Assembly (NCBI GenBank): GCA_012026655.1
Contig: JAAILG010001749.1
Span: forward strand, 1-62,180
Direction: 5' to 3'
Length of the DNA stretch: 62,180 nt
DNA from: Hydrolagus affinis
Lineage: Eukaryota
A program made the position numbers and the translations under genes. The notes below the pieces were generated by a model that saw only the letters and a list, made by a program, of their open reading frames with translations, was not told the DNA's origin and did no database searches. Within the stretch, counting starts at the first letter, position 1, and each line of letters begins with the position of its first letter. Below, piece after piece: positions 28,398-41,073 of this stretch.

Positions 28398-28457
28398 GCT
28401 GTCTATCTTGGATTGGTGGATGTTGAAGAGAATAAAGAAGTTGTCTGTAAGCGACCG
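28398..28457 (+). CDS. U2SURP: Candidate extra U2SURP exon O2 (60 nt): AVYLGLVDVEENKEVVCKRP
   Basis: Long pyrimidine tract ending ttccccag, CCG|GTAAGA donor, phase 0-0, no stop; peptide resembles the end of exon O. No transcript evidence available. Confidence 0.7.
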
Positions 28458-30403
28458 GTAAGAAACAGTGATCATTGAAAGTCGTGCTTTGCAAACATAA
28501 AAATCGAGTTATCTTCTACAGATTTTTTTAAGCGCCATTTGTAAATGTGCAGTGACAAAGAGTCGGGGTGGGGGTGGGTGGGGTGCGAAATCTGCCAGCT
28601 ATTTTCGTGTTGTGAAATGTTCATCATCAAATTAAAACACACATATCCAGATGTATCATTTTCGGTATGGGTTTTAAAATCCACATTATGATTGCTGCGT
28701 TTTAAAAGAACACAAATATTTCGGTATGTTTGTAGATGACAGTGAGTACCTTCTATCAAGCCTACCAGGCAGATTTTGGAGGTACGAGAAACCAAGTTCA
28801 AAGGAATTTTTTTTTAGATGTTTACGGGTTCGTTAGCAAAGAACGGACAGTAAAATCTGATCAGACATAGGAAGCAATGACTCAGTCTCAGCTAGGAAAT
28901 GCATCTCACTATGTAACAACCAATGGCAAGGGAATTGCTGGAATCCTGGGAAGGTCAGTGAGCTAAGTTGCTCTACATGAAGGACTACTCCACAGCCGAG
29001 AGACACTGCATTGTATTGTGACGCACTCAGCATGCCCTAATTGGTGTTGAGTCAACTTGGCTGATTCAGTTGGTTACAAGGAGCTCTGTGTGTGATCTCA
29101 ATGTGGGGACCAGTGCAGTCTCCTCGAATCAGGTATTAGTTGGAGATCGACAGTGGAACTTGATCCTGCACAGTTTGTCAAAAGTGACGAGTCTTGTTTA
29201 AAAAAAGAAGAGAGATTACCTGCATGTTGCAATAACAGGACTTGTGAGACAAGCAAATGTGTTAATAGAAAACAGCCATTGTTTGTTTGTATGTGTTTGT
29301 GTCCGGCGTGGAAGGCGCTATATAAATCGAAGTTGTTGTTGTTGTGTGTGAGCACTTGGAATGTGCTAAAGACTTTAAAATGCAGTGTACGTAAATGTGC
29401 AGTGATTGTGGTTGAAATGAGTGATCAAATTCTCAGCTGATATTTAAGGGTCGAAAGTTGCCATCCATGTTACAAGCAGCCTCTGAGACCAGTACAAAGA
29501 CATACAATAATTACCTAATGCCGTTGACACGAAAAAAACACATTATACAGCGTCTAGAGTGAAACTGCTGATGGTGAACTGAGACAAATGCTGCATGTAC
29601 ACGTCTTTTCATTGTTGCCCACTTCTTAACGTACTTTTATGGTTCATAATCCTTTGCGATTTACAATTCATTAACATTGAGTATCGTTGGTACTTTAGTT
29701 TTCTTTCGTCCGCTAATTACAATAATCTAGTATTTTAATTTGCATGGAAATTAAAGTTTCAAAATGCTTTGATGTGGAATGAGATGATTGAGTTTTTTTT
29801 GCTTCTATACTTGGTAAATTTCACATGTGCAAAGCTGCACAAAACTGATTGGATCAGTCGAGGTAATTTATCAAGCATGGTTAGGCCATTGAATTGATAA
29901 AATAGGCAGAGAAGAAGCAGTGAAAATTAACAGTGTATGAACAAACAATGCGTACACATCACATTGCACTCAATTACTCCCGTGTTGATGCAACGGCATC
30001 TCATATTCTTCTGAAATCGAGTCGTTTATATGATTAAACATGCAATTAATTGATCAACACTATTTGAAAATGTGCGTGGTGATATCACATCATAACTCGT
30101 TTCCGAAACATCAGGGCCATCAATGTTTTTAGAACGCTGCTACACACTTTCCCGCGTAAAGGGTGCTCTGCTAATGCTAATTGTTGTTTGAACCATCCCA
30201 GGTAGTCTACATTGTATAAATTAACCTACTGTGGAGGAAGTTTGCTTGCAAAACATCACAGATTCAGAAATCAGCCTTGTGGTTCATCCCTTGTTTAATT
30301 TGGATTTCAGCAACACAACTCAATTACAATGTTTGCCAATACTTTGTTGACATTTGCCTGGCTTTCAATATGATGTAAAATAGTCAATCTGTTTTTCAAT
30401 CAG

Positions 30404-30942
30404 TTGCCACCTCCGCAACATTGCCCAGCTCTGCCACTGCCTCACACGACAGGCCGCCAAAACTTTCAAATGTGCGTTCATAACATCCAGGCTTCACTGT
30501 GCAAATTCCTTGCTTGTTGGCCTTCCCAACTCCTCCCTCCACTGGCTGCAGATCATCCAGAACTCTGCAGGCTATGTCCTCTCCCGCACTAGGCTTTGTG
30601 ACTATATCACCCCCATCCTTCCCCGACTCCACTGGCTTTTCATCACACAGAGGATAATTCAAGATCCTGGTCCTCACCTTCAAAGCTCTCCATGGCCTCA
30701 CTCCCCCTTTCCTCTGCAACCTCCAAACCTCCTACCAACCTGCCCACTCCCTCCGCTCATCGGGCTCTGACCTGCTTCACGTCCCCGCCTTGCCTGCAGC
30801 ACCAATGGCAGGAGGGCCTTCAGCCTTCCCTCGCCTCCTTCCCGATCCCCAACCCCAGATCAAAATACTGCCTGTCCAGCGCCTTGGGGCATCCTCTCGA
30901 CATGAAAGGCGCTGTACAAATGTAATTTTGTTGTTGTTGTTG
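30404..30942 (+). mobile_element. L2-type LINE 3' fragment (degenerate ORF2 end plus tail)
   Basis: HLRNIAQL...AFITSRLHCANSLLVGLP...LQIIQNSA...ITPILPRLHWL is typical L2 RT C-terminus; (TTG)n tail. Confidence 0.9.
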
Positions 30943-31047
30943 GATGTGGTACACCGTTAGATTATGAAACAACTGGGTAAGAGTTGTAAGTTTATCCTGA
31001 TCTATTTGTACAACTCTAACGTTTGGCAAGTAATGTGGTTTTGGTAA

Positions 31048-31233
<186 letters not shown>

Positions 31234-32280
31234 TGATTGTATTATTTTTGAGAAGCATTTCTCTTTTTCAATTTGGAAACCCAAGGCCCGTAATGCAAGA
31301 GGGATTTGAGAGCCGTAGATTAATCGAAAGGTAGCGGTTCAGACGTCTGCAAACTTGGGGGTCCACAAAGATTTCAGGAAGAAGAAAAGACTCGGGGGAA
31401 CATTTGCCCATTCGCCAGATCCCTGGAAAGGAATCGGTTGGAGTAAAAATCTTAACAATAATCCTTGCATTTGATATAAAAAATGTATGTTTTGTGGGCA
31501 AAACGTAGCTGCAAATTGCACACAGCAGTGCCTCACAAACAGTAGTGGATTGAGTGACCAAATTATTCCATACCTCTGAACTAGCTAATATATATTTTAT
31601 ATTCAGTGATACTTAGTCGTATTGGTTTACAACTCTGGAATGGTGGGATATGGATTTATACTGCAGTTCCACTCAGACTTGTTCATGTCACAATGGAGAG
31701 GCATCAATATAGAGACAACACTTTCCCACAGTGAGGAGTTCTCTTAGGTCTCGCTCACACTTTGTCACAGACAATGATCACGTATGTATGGGGAGGAGAA
31801 GGAGAAAAATAAAATTGAATGAACTCCAAAGAATGTCTATTTGCCAAAGTCAGTGAATTGATTAATGATGTGTGCCTTTATGATTTGACATCTGAAACTC
31901 AATTGGCTGTTTTATTTGTGATCTGTTTCTTATATCCAGATATTACTAGGCCAATAATGTGTAAAATCCATTGGGATGTTTAAAGGAGGCAATAGATACT
32001 TGGGAAATATGGATATCAAAGAGTAAGGAGAATGGATTAAAATGGGAAATGATCCAATTTCTACTCTTTCTCTGGGTCTAAAGGGTAGGAAGAAAAACTT
32101 AAATGACTTTTACAGTAAAGACAGAATCTACTCACACGACAGACTGAACAACAGCTACAGATGTTATCATGCGGTCTTCAGTCCTTTATTGCTTCACTTT
32201 CTCAATCCATTGAGGCTTTTTATAGATTCATTCCCGTTTCTGATTAAAAGAGCTGATTAAAATCTTGAGTTTTTGGCTAA

Positions 32281-32424
<144 letters not shown>

Positions 32425-32471
32425 TAAAATAATTATGTTTGACATACTTGGCAGCCATGTCACAGTATGCC

Positions 32472-32577
32472 CTAGATCCAAAATGGAAATATCTGATTTA
32501 TCTCAAGCTTATACAAGTTTTTGACTAGATCCAAAATGGAAATGTCTGATTCATATCAAGCTTATACAAGTTTTTGA
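32472..32577. repeat. Tandem duplication, 53 bp x 2 (3 mismatches)
   Basis: ctagatccaaaatggaaat...cttatacaagtttttga at 32472 and 32525. Confidence 0.92.
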
Positions 32578-32617
32578 CTCTAGTATCAATCCTAATACAT
32601 TTGAGAAGCACCTTTTT

Positions 32618-32917
32618 ATAACAATAAAATAATAATGAACGCATTTTGATATAGTGCTTTTCACGTCTTCTAGACGTTTCAAAGCACTTCACAGAATAAC
32701 AATAACAACAACAAAATTACATTAATAGAGCGCCTTTCATGTCGGGAGGACGTCCCAAAGCGCTGAATGTACTGTAAAGTGAATTGACTGTATTTGTGGG
32801 CGAACCGCGGCTTCCAATTGCGCACAGCAGTGTCCCACAAACAGTGGTGGACTGAAATGACCAATTTTATTATTGTGTTTTTTTGGAAGGATTATTATTA
32901 GGCATGTGTGTGGAGTA
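32618..32917 (-). mobile_element. Headless SINE with a nested short L2 3' end (32698-32764)
   Basis: SINE tail and body on the minus strand, interrupted by an L2 terminus flanked by GAAT repeats. Confidence 0.85.
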
Positions 32918-33007
32918 CACACACACACACACCTTGTTGCTGATTGAACAATCATCGAGCATACTAGTAATTATTGCCTTAATTGATGCAGTGTGGTTTT
33001 CTTTCAG

Positions 33008-33074
33008 CTGTTACCACATCAAAATGGGAGCTTTTCGATCAGCCTACCGAATCGGAAGAGGAAGAACAACAAAC
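33008..33074 (+). CDS. U2SURP: U2SURP exon R (67 nt): (A)VTTSKWELFDQPTESEEEEQQ
   Basis: ctttcag acceptor, GTATGT donor; AVTTSKWELFD motif. Confidence 0.95.
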
Positions 33075-33745
33075 GTATGTTGATGATTTGACACTTCGTA
33101 GTGGCAGATGCGCAACAGGGAACAGTGGAAAAACAGCTTATTGCACTGGAGACAAAATCAAACCCTAAGGGCTGGGAAGGAATGAACTCGCAATGAGTTC
33201 TGATCATTCTTGTGAGTGGAATGAGCTTGGTTTTTCCCTGTTCTCCATTGTGTCTTCTCTTCTTGCAGTGGATGTGAGCGTGTTTTTGTTTTAAATTTCA
33301 CTTTTCTTTAAATATACAGTATTAAGAGTGCACTATTAATAATGCACTATTAAATCACTCGAAAAATAAAGCATAGAATGGGAACAGCCCCAGCTCTCTC
33401 CATAGTAAAACTTACCATAATATAAATTTTCTCACTCACCACCGTACTGATGTCTCCTTGGCTAAACCTCCGTGTAGGACCCCCCCACTCCTTCCCTTCC
33501 TGCCCGCGCCCTCCAAATCAAACAAAAAGCCAGTAATCGCACATTTTGGTAAGTGAATATCAGGGTCCATAGCCAGGGTTGTGGTATAAATAAACCTGGG
33601 GGATAACAAGACACTTACTTTATAAAGGAGATCTCCTGTGTTAGGTAGATAGAAAACCCATGTGGCTCTTCTTTATAGAAGCTGCACTATTATGGGTTCT
33701 TTTACAATGCAGTCTTGAATGTTTTACCCAACATTGTGTTCTTGA

Positions 33746-33994
<249 letters not shown>

Positions 33995-34281
33995 TAGGTT
34001 AAAGATTATTCCCGACCAGTGTCGAAACATAGACTCACAAGTAATTATAAAAATGTTGGATATTGTGAATTTTACTCTGTGTATGTGTGTATCGAGATCC
34101 TGAAGTATTTTTCTTTGCAAATCCACACTTGTTCATTTTCCTCCTTTGCCTTCTGTGTTCAAAATAGTGAGTGGGTTGGGGAGTGTGGGAGGATCTCTGG
34201 TTAGATATTGGGGGAGGTGGTGAGGGATCTGAAGAGCAGAGTTCCTCTTTCACCCATCACCATGCTCAAACCAGACACGTA

Positions 34282-34830
34282 GTGGAGTCTGGTACCTCAG
34301 TGATTAGAGTGCTTGCCTTATGAGAGAGAGAGACCTGGATTTGATTCCAAACAGGGTGGAACCTGTTTCCTTGCTTCACAAACCTGATAATAATCCCACA
34401 CACAAAAAAATAATAAATTGGTCATTTCAATCTACAACTGTTTATAGGGACACTGCTGTGCGGCAGCCAATTGCACACAGCTGGTCCCAGAAACAGTCAT
34501 GGATTGAAATGACCAATTTTATTATTGTGGTTGTTGTTGAGGGATTATTATTATTAGGTGTGTGGAATAAGGAAACTTGCCCAAGATTTCGCCCTGACCT
34601 GTCTGGATTCGAACACGCTTGTAAGGCGAGTGCTCTAACCACTGAGCTACAGTGGTTTCGTTGCTGATTGAATGAGCATCGAGCATACTAATAATTATTG
34701 CCTTGATTAACGCGTTTCGCCTACAAATATAGTCAATTCACTTTACAGTATATTCTGTGAAGCGCTTCGAGACGTCTGGAAGACTTGAAAAGCATTATAT
34801 TAAATTCAAGAATTATTATAATTATTATAA
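34282..34830 (+). mobile_element. Composite SINE: + 5' half, inverted 5' half, 54 bp of intron-derived sequence, + 3' half
   Basis: Orientation switches at about 34461 and 34712. Confidence 0.85.
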
Positions 34831-35694
34831 TCAAATGCTGCATTATAGTTACTTATCACTCCAAGGGTAAAAGCGGTCTAACTCAGTGGCAAGTTAGGCC
34901 TCATTGTGTATAAGTTCATAAATAAATGTGGCTGGGACAGAAAGATGATTTAAATGGTAGCGACAAGTTAAGCCAGAGTCGAGTTATCAGGCGATCACTG
35001 CATTTCATGAGGCATCTCTACTGAGCAGAGGGTTTATATGGCATTAAAGTACCATTGCATGGCACTTCTTCCTGGAGGATTTCCTGGATTTTTGAAGCAA
35101 AAATGTAATATTGGAATAAAATTGACTTGGCATTCCTGCACCCAAAAGGTCATTATACTTTGATTTAAATTACATTTCTGTATCAAAAGGTGATGCTGTT
35201 TCTGAAGCTGAAATTACCTTTAATTTCCGGTCCTTAGCTCACTGAGGTCTGTCAGCAACACTGGTTCCAGATAACTGCCCTTTGTGGTTGTCAGTTCTCA
35301 GTTTCAAGAACTGCCAACTCTCATGGTTGGTTATAAACGCTCTTGTACTGAGCGCAGGATAGGGATGAAGCATAATTGGGGAGTGGGAATGCACAAGTCT
35401 TTGGAAAAAGTCTCCTTTTGCAGAGTCCTGTTGAGTTTTATTACAACAAAGTTCGATCTGATTTAGATTTGTATTTCTTAGTCAGTGTAGAAGAGAGACA
35501 GGGAGATCCAACTCTAGCTGTATAATAGTAATAAAATACATCTGCAACGCCTTAATAGACTTCCAACCAATGACTTGGGTTGACCTCTTAGTTGATCGAT
35601 TTCTTCCTGAAGAGGCTTTTATTTTTCGACATAAAGAAACAAAAATGTTTGGATTTTAAGAAATTAGCTTGTGGTTGGGATGTGGCTCCTTTAA

Positions 35695-35901
<207 letters not shown>

Positions 35902-36221
35902 TAATAAATGTACTTTCTCTTCTTAACTTTGAAACTCTGCCTGAATCCCTTCACCTTGTCCCCTCATTGACTGCCTTTAAATCACACCTGAAGACCTCTC
36001 CACAGTCATCTTCCCCTCTCTCGGCATCACCGCCACTGTTAAGCAATCAGATGCTAGCTACCCCACACAAAGGGCCCTATATATTGTGGAGTCCTGTAGC
36101 TCAGTGGTTAGAGCACTCGCCTTACAAGCGTGAGACCTGTGTTTCCTGGCATCATCTTTGATAGGCGAACGCTTATCATACCTGCATTGTGTGATCTTAG
36201 TTGCGTTTTTGTTGCGTTTAG

Positions 36222-36349
36222 GAGAAAGAGAAGGAAATGGAAAGAGAGCGTGATCGAGACAAAAAGGACAAGGATATAATCAAATCAGAGACACGTGTAA
36301 AAGATAGGAAAGAACGGGAGAGTTCTTCATCCCCTTCAAACAAAGAAAG
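36222..36349 (+). CDS. U2SURP: U2SURP exon U (128 nt): EKEKEMERERDRDKKDKDIIKSETRVKDRKERESSSSPSNKE(R)
   Basis: gtttag acceptor, AAG|GTACAT donor; charged region; phase 0 to 2. Confidence 0.93.
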
Positions 36350-36746
36350 GTACATTTTAATCTGATTTACAGTTTATGAAAAGTTTGGATAAATTGTGTA
36401 TGGTGTGCAGAAAAATGCAATTGAGTGTAAATATGTATTTACATATGTTAAGGATACCACAGGATTTGGGTGTGTTGAGTGTGGCCTTATCTTTCACCAC
36501 ACTTTGGTTTGTCTCTACAGTTTGCTTTGAGAGAGATGCAAGCCAAACTGCTTTTAAGAAAGAATGACGTAGATATTAGTTGGGAGGGGGCGGAGGTGTT
36601 TTACTATGTATAATAATCCTGAAGAAATTTTGAGCAGTTATGTATTTAAACTTTTCTGTTTGCTGCCTCATCAAATGGTGAATTCTGTACACTGTTAGAA
36701 CTTTGTTAGGTATTAGGACTCGTTGTGTTAATGAATCTGTTGCTGA

Positions 36747-36923
<177 letters not shown>

Positions 36924-37099
36924 TAATTTATTGTGATTAGTCTGTTTATATTTCACCCACAAAATACAAGATATTCTATGAAGCACTTTTGAGATATCTG
37001 AACTGTGTGATAAGGCGCTATATCAAATAAATGATTGTTGATTATTATTGTATGAATTCTGAATATCTGCATTGAAATGAGGACGACCAAAAAATGGTA

Positions 37100-37722
37100 C
37101 AGTATCCGGCACCCACGGGACCTGGCCATTGCCGGTTAAAGCGCCTGTCGGATATTCGCTGCCACAAAAAAATTAAAGTTCTTTTAACACACACCATACA
37201 AAATAATAACAGATAATAACAGAATATCGTATTGGTACTTAGTGTTAAAGGTACTCTCTTGCGCTTCTCACCTTTACTGGTTGAGGTTTACAGTCCAGTG
37301 ATTCTTTTTTAAATGGAGGACGCCAAGTAGATGAAAAAAATGGCAGCGCGATTTTAAAGTTGCGCGACTTTACTAGCGGCAAGCTGGTAGCCCTAGACTC
37401 TACTAACGGCAAGCCGAAATACTGTACTTGCGCGACAATATGGGTTATTCGCTAGGGTTATCAGCTTGCCGCTAGTAAAGTATTAAAGTCGCGCTGCGTT
37501 TTTTTCACCCGCTTGGCGTCCTCCTTTTAAAAAGAATCGCTGGACTATAAACCTCAACTGCAACACCATGGCTTCAAGTGCAGCATCTACCAGTAAAGGT
37601 GAGAAGCGCAAGAGAGTAGTTTTAACAATAAGTACCAATACAATATTGTGTTATTGTTATTATTTATGCATTTACAAATGCTCCACCGCTATTGTTCTGG
37701 ATAAGTTCCGGTTTATCGAGTT
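37100..37722. mobile_element. Fold-back Tigger/pogo-like DNA transposon derivative with a transposase N-terminal stub
   Basis: Starts TA|CAGTA; subterminal sequence related to MITE 17998-18218; inverted arms ~37200-37396 and 37452-37668; stub MASSAASTSKGEKRKRVVLTIS at 37568. Confidence 0.78.
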
Positions 37723-37904
37723 TTTTTTTAAGAAAAACCTGTGTCTAGGCTTCACTCAGACCATTATTATCAAATCTGTTTTATTTATATAAAACTATGA
37801 TTAATAAAAATCCTTGCTTTCGATGCAGCCCCTTATTGCATAGTCGACTGTCTCAAAGCGATTCACAGGATTCACTGTCAAGTGGTGTAAATACCACAGT
37901 GAAC

Positions 37905-38065
37905 AACATCTCACAAACATCCATGGTGAGAATGTCCAAATTTATTTGGGTGATGTTGGCAGCTAATACACTGGGAGAAACTGTCTTCTCTTTGAATAGT
38001 ACCTGGAGATCTTTAACATCCCTCTGAACAGGCAGATGGAGCCTTTAACTTTTCATTTGAAATGG
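37905..38065 (-). mobile_element. Old DeuSINE-like fragment
   Basis: Resembles the reverse complement of the Deu domain as I recall it (tcttc..tgaatagt.cc.gggatcttt.acatcc); heavily diverged. Confidence 0.5.
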
Positions 38066-38679
38066 TTAGACCACATTTCTGTGGCTGTAATTATATATCA
38101 TTCTAAGTTCCATTCTGTTTCTTGTTAAATCAGGAGTGTTAAGACTGAGAAATAGCATATTTTGCTACTTGAGTACCCCCAAATCAATATGTAGAACGAG
38201 TCAAATATAGTAAAGTGGGAAGCGAAGGAAATCCCCTCTCTCTACACTGCCCGAACCTGGGATAGAGCATTCTCTGGTGTGTTAGTGGGACATGTTCTGT
38301 TGACCACACCAGACATTTGGCTGTTATTCCAGATTTATTAGAGGCCAATGTAGAGGCAGTTTATATTGTTGGCCGATGTATACTTGGATGTGGTTTGTGG
38401 CTGCTCAGTGCAGCAGGTTTCCTGTTTCACTCACTTCAGTTGGGATCCTGTAGCTGACAGGAAGAACAATCTTCGATTAAAATTGCTCACCTGATTTGGT
38501 GTGAAGATCAGCAGTTAACTGCAACATTGGCTTTATGCTCCTTTTTGACTCATTTGCAGGCTCAAAATGCGTTGTCTGGTCCAGATCAATGCCAAATAAG
38601 GTATTAGCCTGGCTTGGAAAAGCCAGGCCACTGAGGCAGAATGTTGTGTGTTTGAAGTCGCAGGCTAGGCTAACAATTC

Positions 38680-38845
38680 ACTGCAGGGCTGGAGATGCTA
38701 CCTTCAAATGAGGCATAAAAACTGGGGTTTTGTTTAGGTGGGTGAGTTTACGGGACGGTTTGAAAAGAGCAGGGATTTTTTCCTGGTGTCCTGGCCAAGA
38801 TAAAAAATTGTCATTGTTATTTCATGGCTATTTGTGGGACATTGA
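38680..38845 (+). mobile_element. Old DeuSINE-like fragment
   Basis: tttgaaaagagcaggga...cctggtgtcctggccaa...gctatttgtggga resembles the Deu domain of AmnSINE/SacSINE-type elements. Confidence 0.6.
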
Positions 38846-38900
38846 TATAGTCACTGGGTGCAGGGAGACATCCCACTCAGTCAGCTCCTCTTAATATAGT

Positions 38901-39086
38901 ATAATAATAATCCTTGCATAGCGCTTGTCGATGTTTCAAAGCGCTTCACAGAATATACTGTAAATTGTATAGAATGTATATTTGTGGGGGAAACGCGGCC
39001 GCCAATTGTGCACAGCAGCGTCCCACAAACATGGATTGAAATGACCAATTTTATTATTGTGTTTTTTTGAGGGATTATTATTAGGC

Positions 39087-39122
<36 letters not shown>

Positions 39123-39226
39123 AATAAGGAAACTTGCCCAAGGTTTGCCCTGATCTGCCTGGATTTGAATATAGGTCTCACGGTTGTAAGGCGAGTGCTC
39201 TAACCACTGAGCTACAGGAACTCCAC
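38901..39226 (-). mobile_element. Full-length tRNA-derived SINE with internal (CA)n
   Basis: Reverse-complement head, body and tail; (GT)n at 39089-39120. Confidence 0.92.
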
Positions 39227-40467
39227 TGGTTAATCTTGCGAAACAAAGCCCTTAACGTGTAGGGTGGTCGTCACTTGACCACTTGAGCAGCAGGAAACCT
39301 TGCCAGACAAGGTTAGCTGTGTAGACTCCAGCGGTTACCCCAACACACACTCTAGCGTGCTTTGAGGTGTCTTTTCCTGACGTGAAAGTTGCTACGTTAA
39401 ATGCATTGATCCTTAAATATTAAATATTTTAAACTGATAAAACATTCATATATTGAAGTCTCTTTTTTTGGGGGGCCCCGACTGTTAATTGAAACCTAAC
39501 TTACAATAGAAGAAAATCCATTGAATGCCCCAAATATAACCTCAGTCTTGCAAGATCTTAATTACAGTGACTCTACTTGGTTCTCGCAATGTGCGAACTG
39601 ACCTGCAGGAAGATGTGCTTATTTGTTTAATCGAACAGATACATGGCCCTGTCGTCACCATTCCAGCATTGCCAATTAAACTCCTTTGCCAGGCAATAAA
39701 AGTGTGGTTTAGAAAGCGATTTACTAGCCTGAGCAGTGCCAAACCCGTATGCCATCCACTCTCGGGTTTGCTAGTTACTCTGGACATTACCCTGAAGTAT
39801 TTTCCTTAGGCTGTCACTTCAAATCAGTAATACTAGATGTACATGGAAAACTAATCCAAAGTGTGTGATCCGATCTTTCCCAACAGGGTCTAACAGTACT
39901 CCATTGAGCCTCGCACAGTAATTATTGATGACTAGAATGTCAGTTGAAATTTTCCACTTCTCTAACCAACTGCATTTTAAAATATGTTCATTATAAGACG
40001 GGCTGATGTATTGACGTGAGACATTGGGGCCATATTATCTTCAGTGGCTTTCGTTTGTGACAGTGGACAGTTGCCATAATAATAATTCTTGCATTTGATA
40101 TAACACCTCATCACGTCGTTGAGACAAAGTGCTTCACCAAATATTGTAAAGTGGATCGACCGTATTTTGTGGGCGAAACGCGGCAGCCATTTGCGTACAG
40201 CAGCGTCCCACAAACCGTCGTGGATTGAGTGACAATTATTATGATGTTGGGAGAGGAGAGATACCCCTGGAATATGATTATATTATATAAGTTGCCTGGT
40301 ATCTGTTTCTGAACCTGGTGTACAAATTGCATTACCCGATTTAGCGTAATAACGTTGGAATTTTTTGTCCCAAGATAATGCCACTTTACATTCATTATTA
40401 GTTAGTTGTAGGCTTTTAGCGTAAGTTATTTGGTTGAACCCAAGCGATCTGTTGTGAATTATTTTGA

Positions 40468-40644
<177 letters not shown>

Positions 40645-41025
40645 TGAACTGTCCCACAACCCTTTCTGTCATTTTTAGTTTTGTCCTGTGCCTGAAACAA
40701 ACTGTTAAGGAATCTCATTCCTGACTTTTTTTTTGAATGCACATATATATTCATTATGAATATTCAACTCCAGTAAATCTGTGTGTTTTTTTTTGTATAT
40801 GAATGAATTTGACGACTTTAGTGCTATGGCTTCGCCGTCCCTAGACTTGTCCTTTAGATTGTGTTTAAAAAGAAAAAAAAACAGATCCTTTTTATGTTAG
40901 ATTTCTCATCAGAAACCTCTGTGTCTTCACCAGCAGTAGTCGTGTCGTATTTGAATAGGTGTGTGAGGAAGCCTGAAGCAGAAATGTTTTCCTTTTGTAA
41001 TTTTTAACATTTCAAAGGAGAGTTG

Positions 41026-41073
41026 AATAAAAATCAGCACAGAAAATTATATAATTTCTTCTTTTGTAATAAA
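41026..41073 (+). terminator. Two candidate polyadenylation signals (AATAAA at 41026-41031 and 41068-41073)
   Basis: Canonical hexamers about 380-430 nt after the stop, in U/A-rich sequence with upstream TGTA motifs. Confidence 0.6.
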
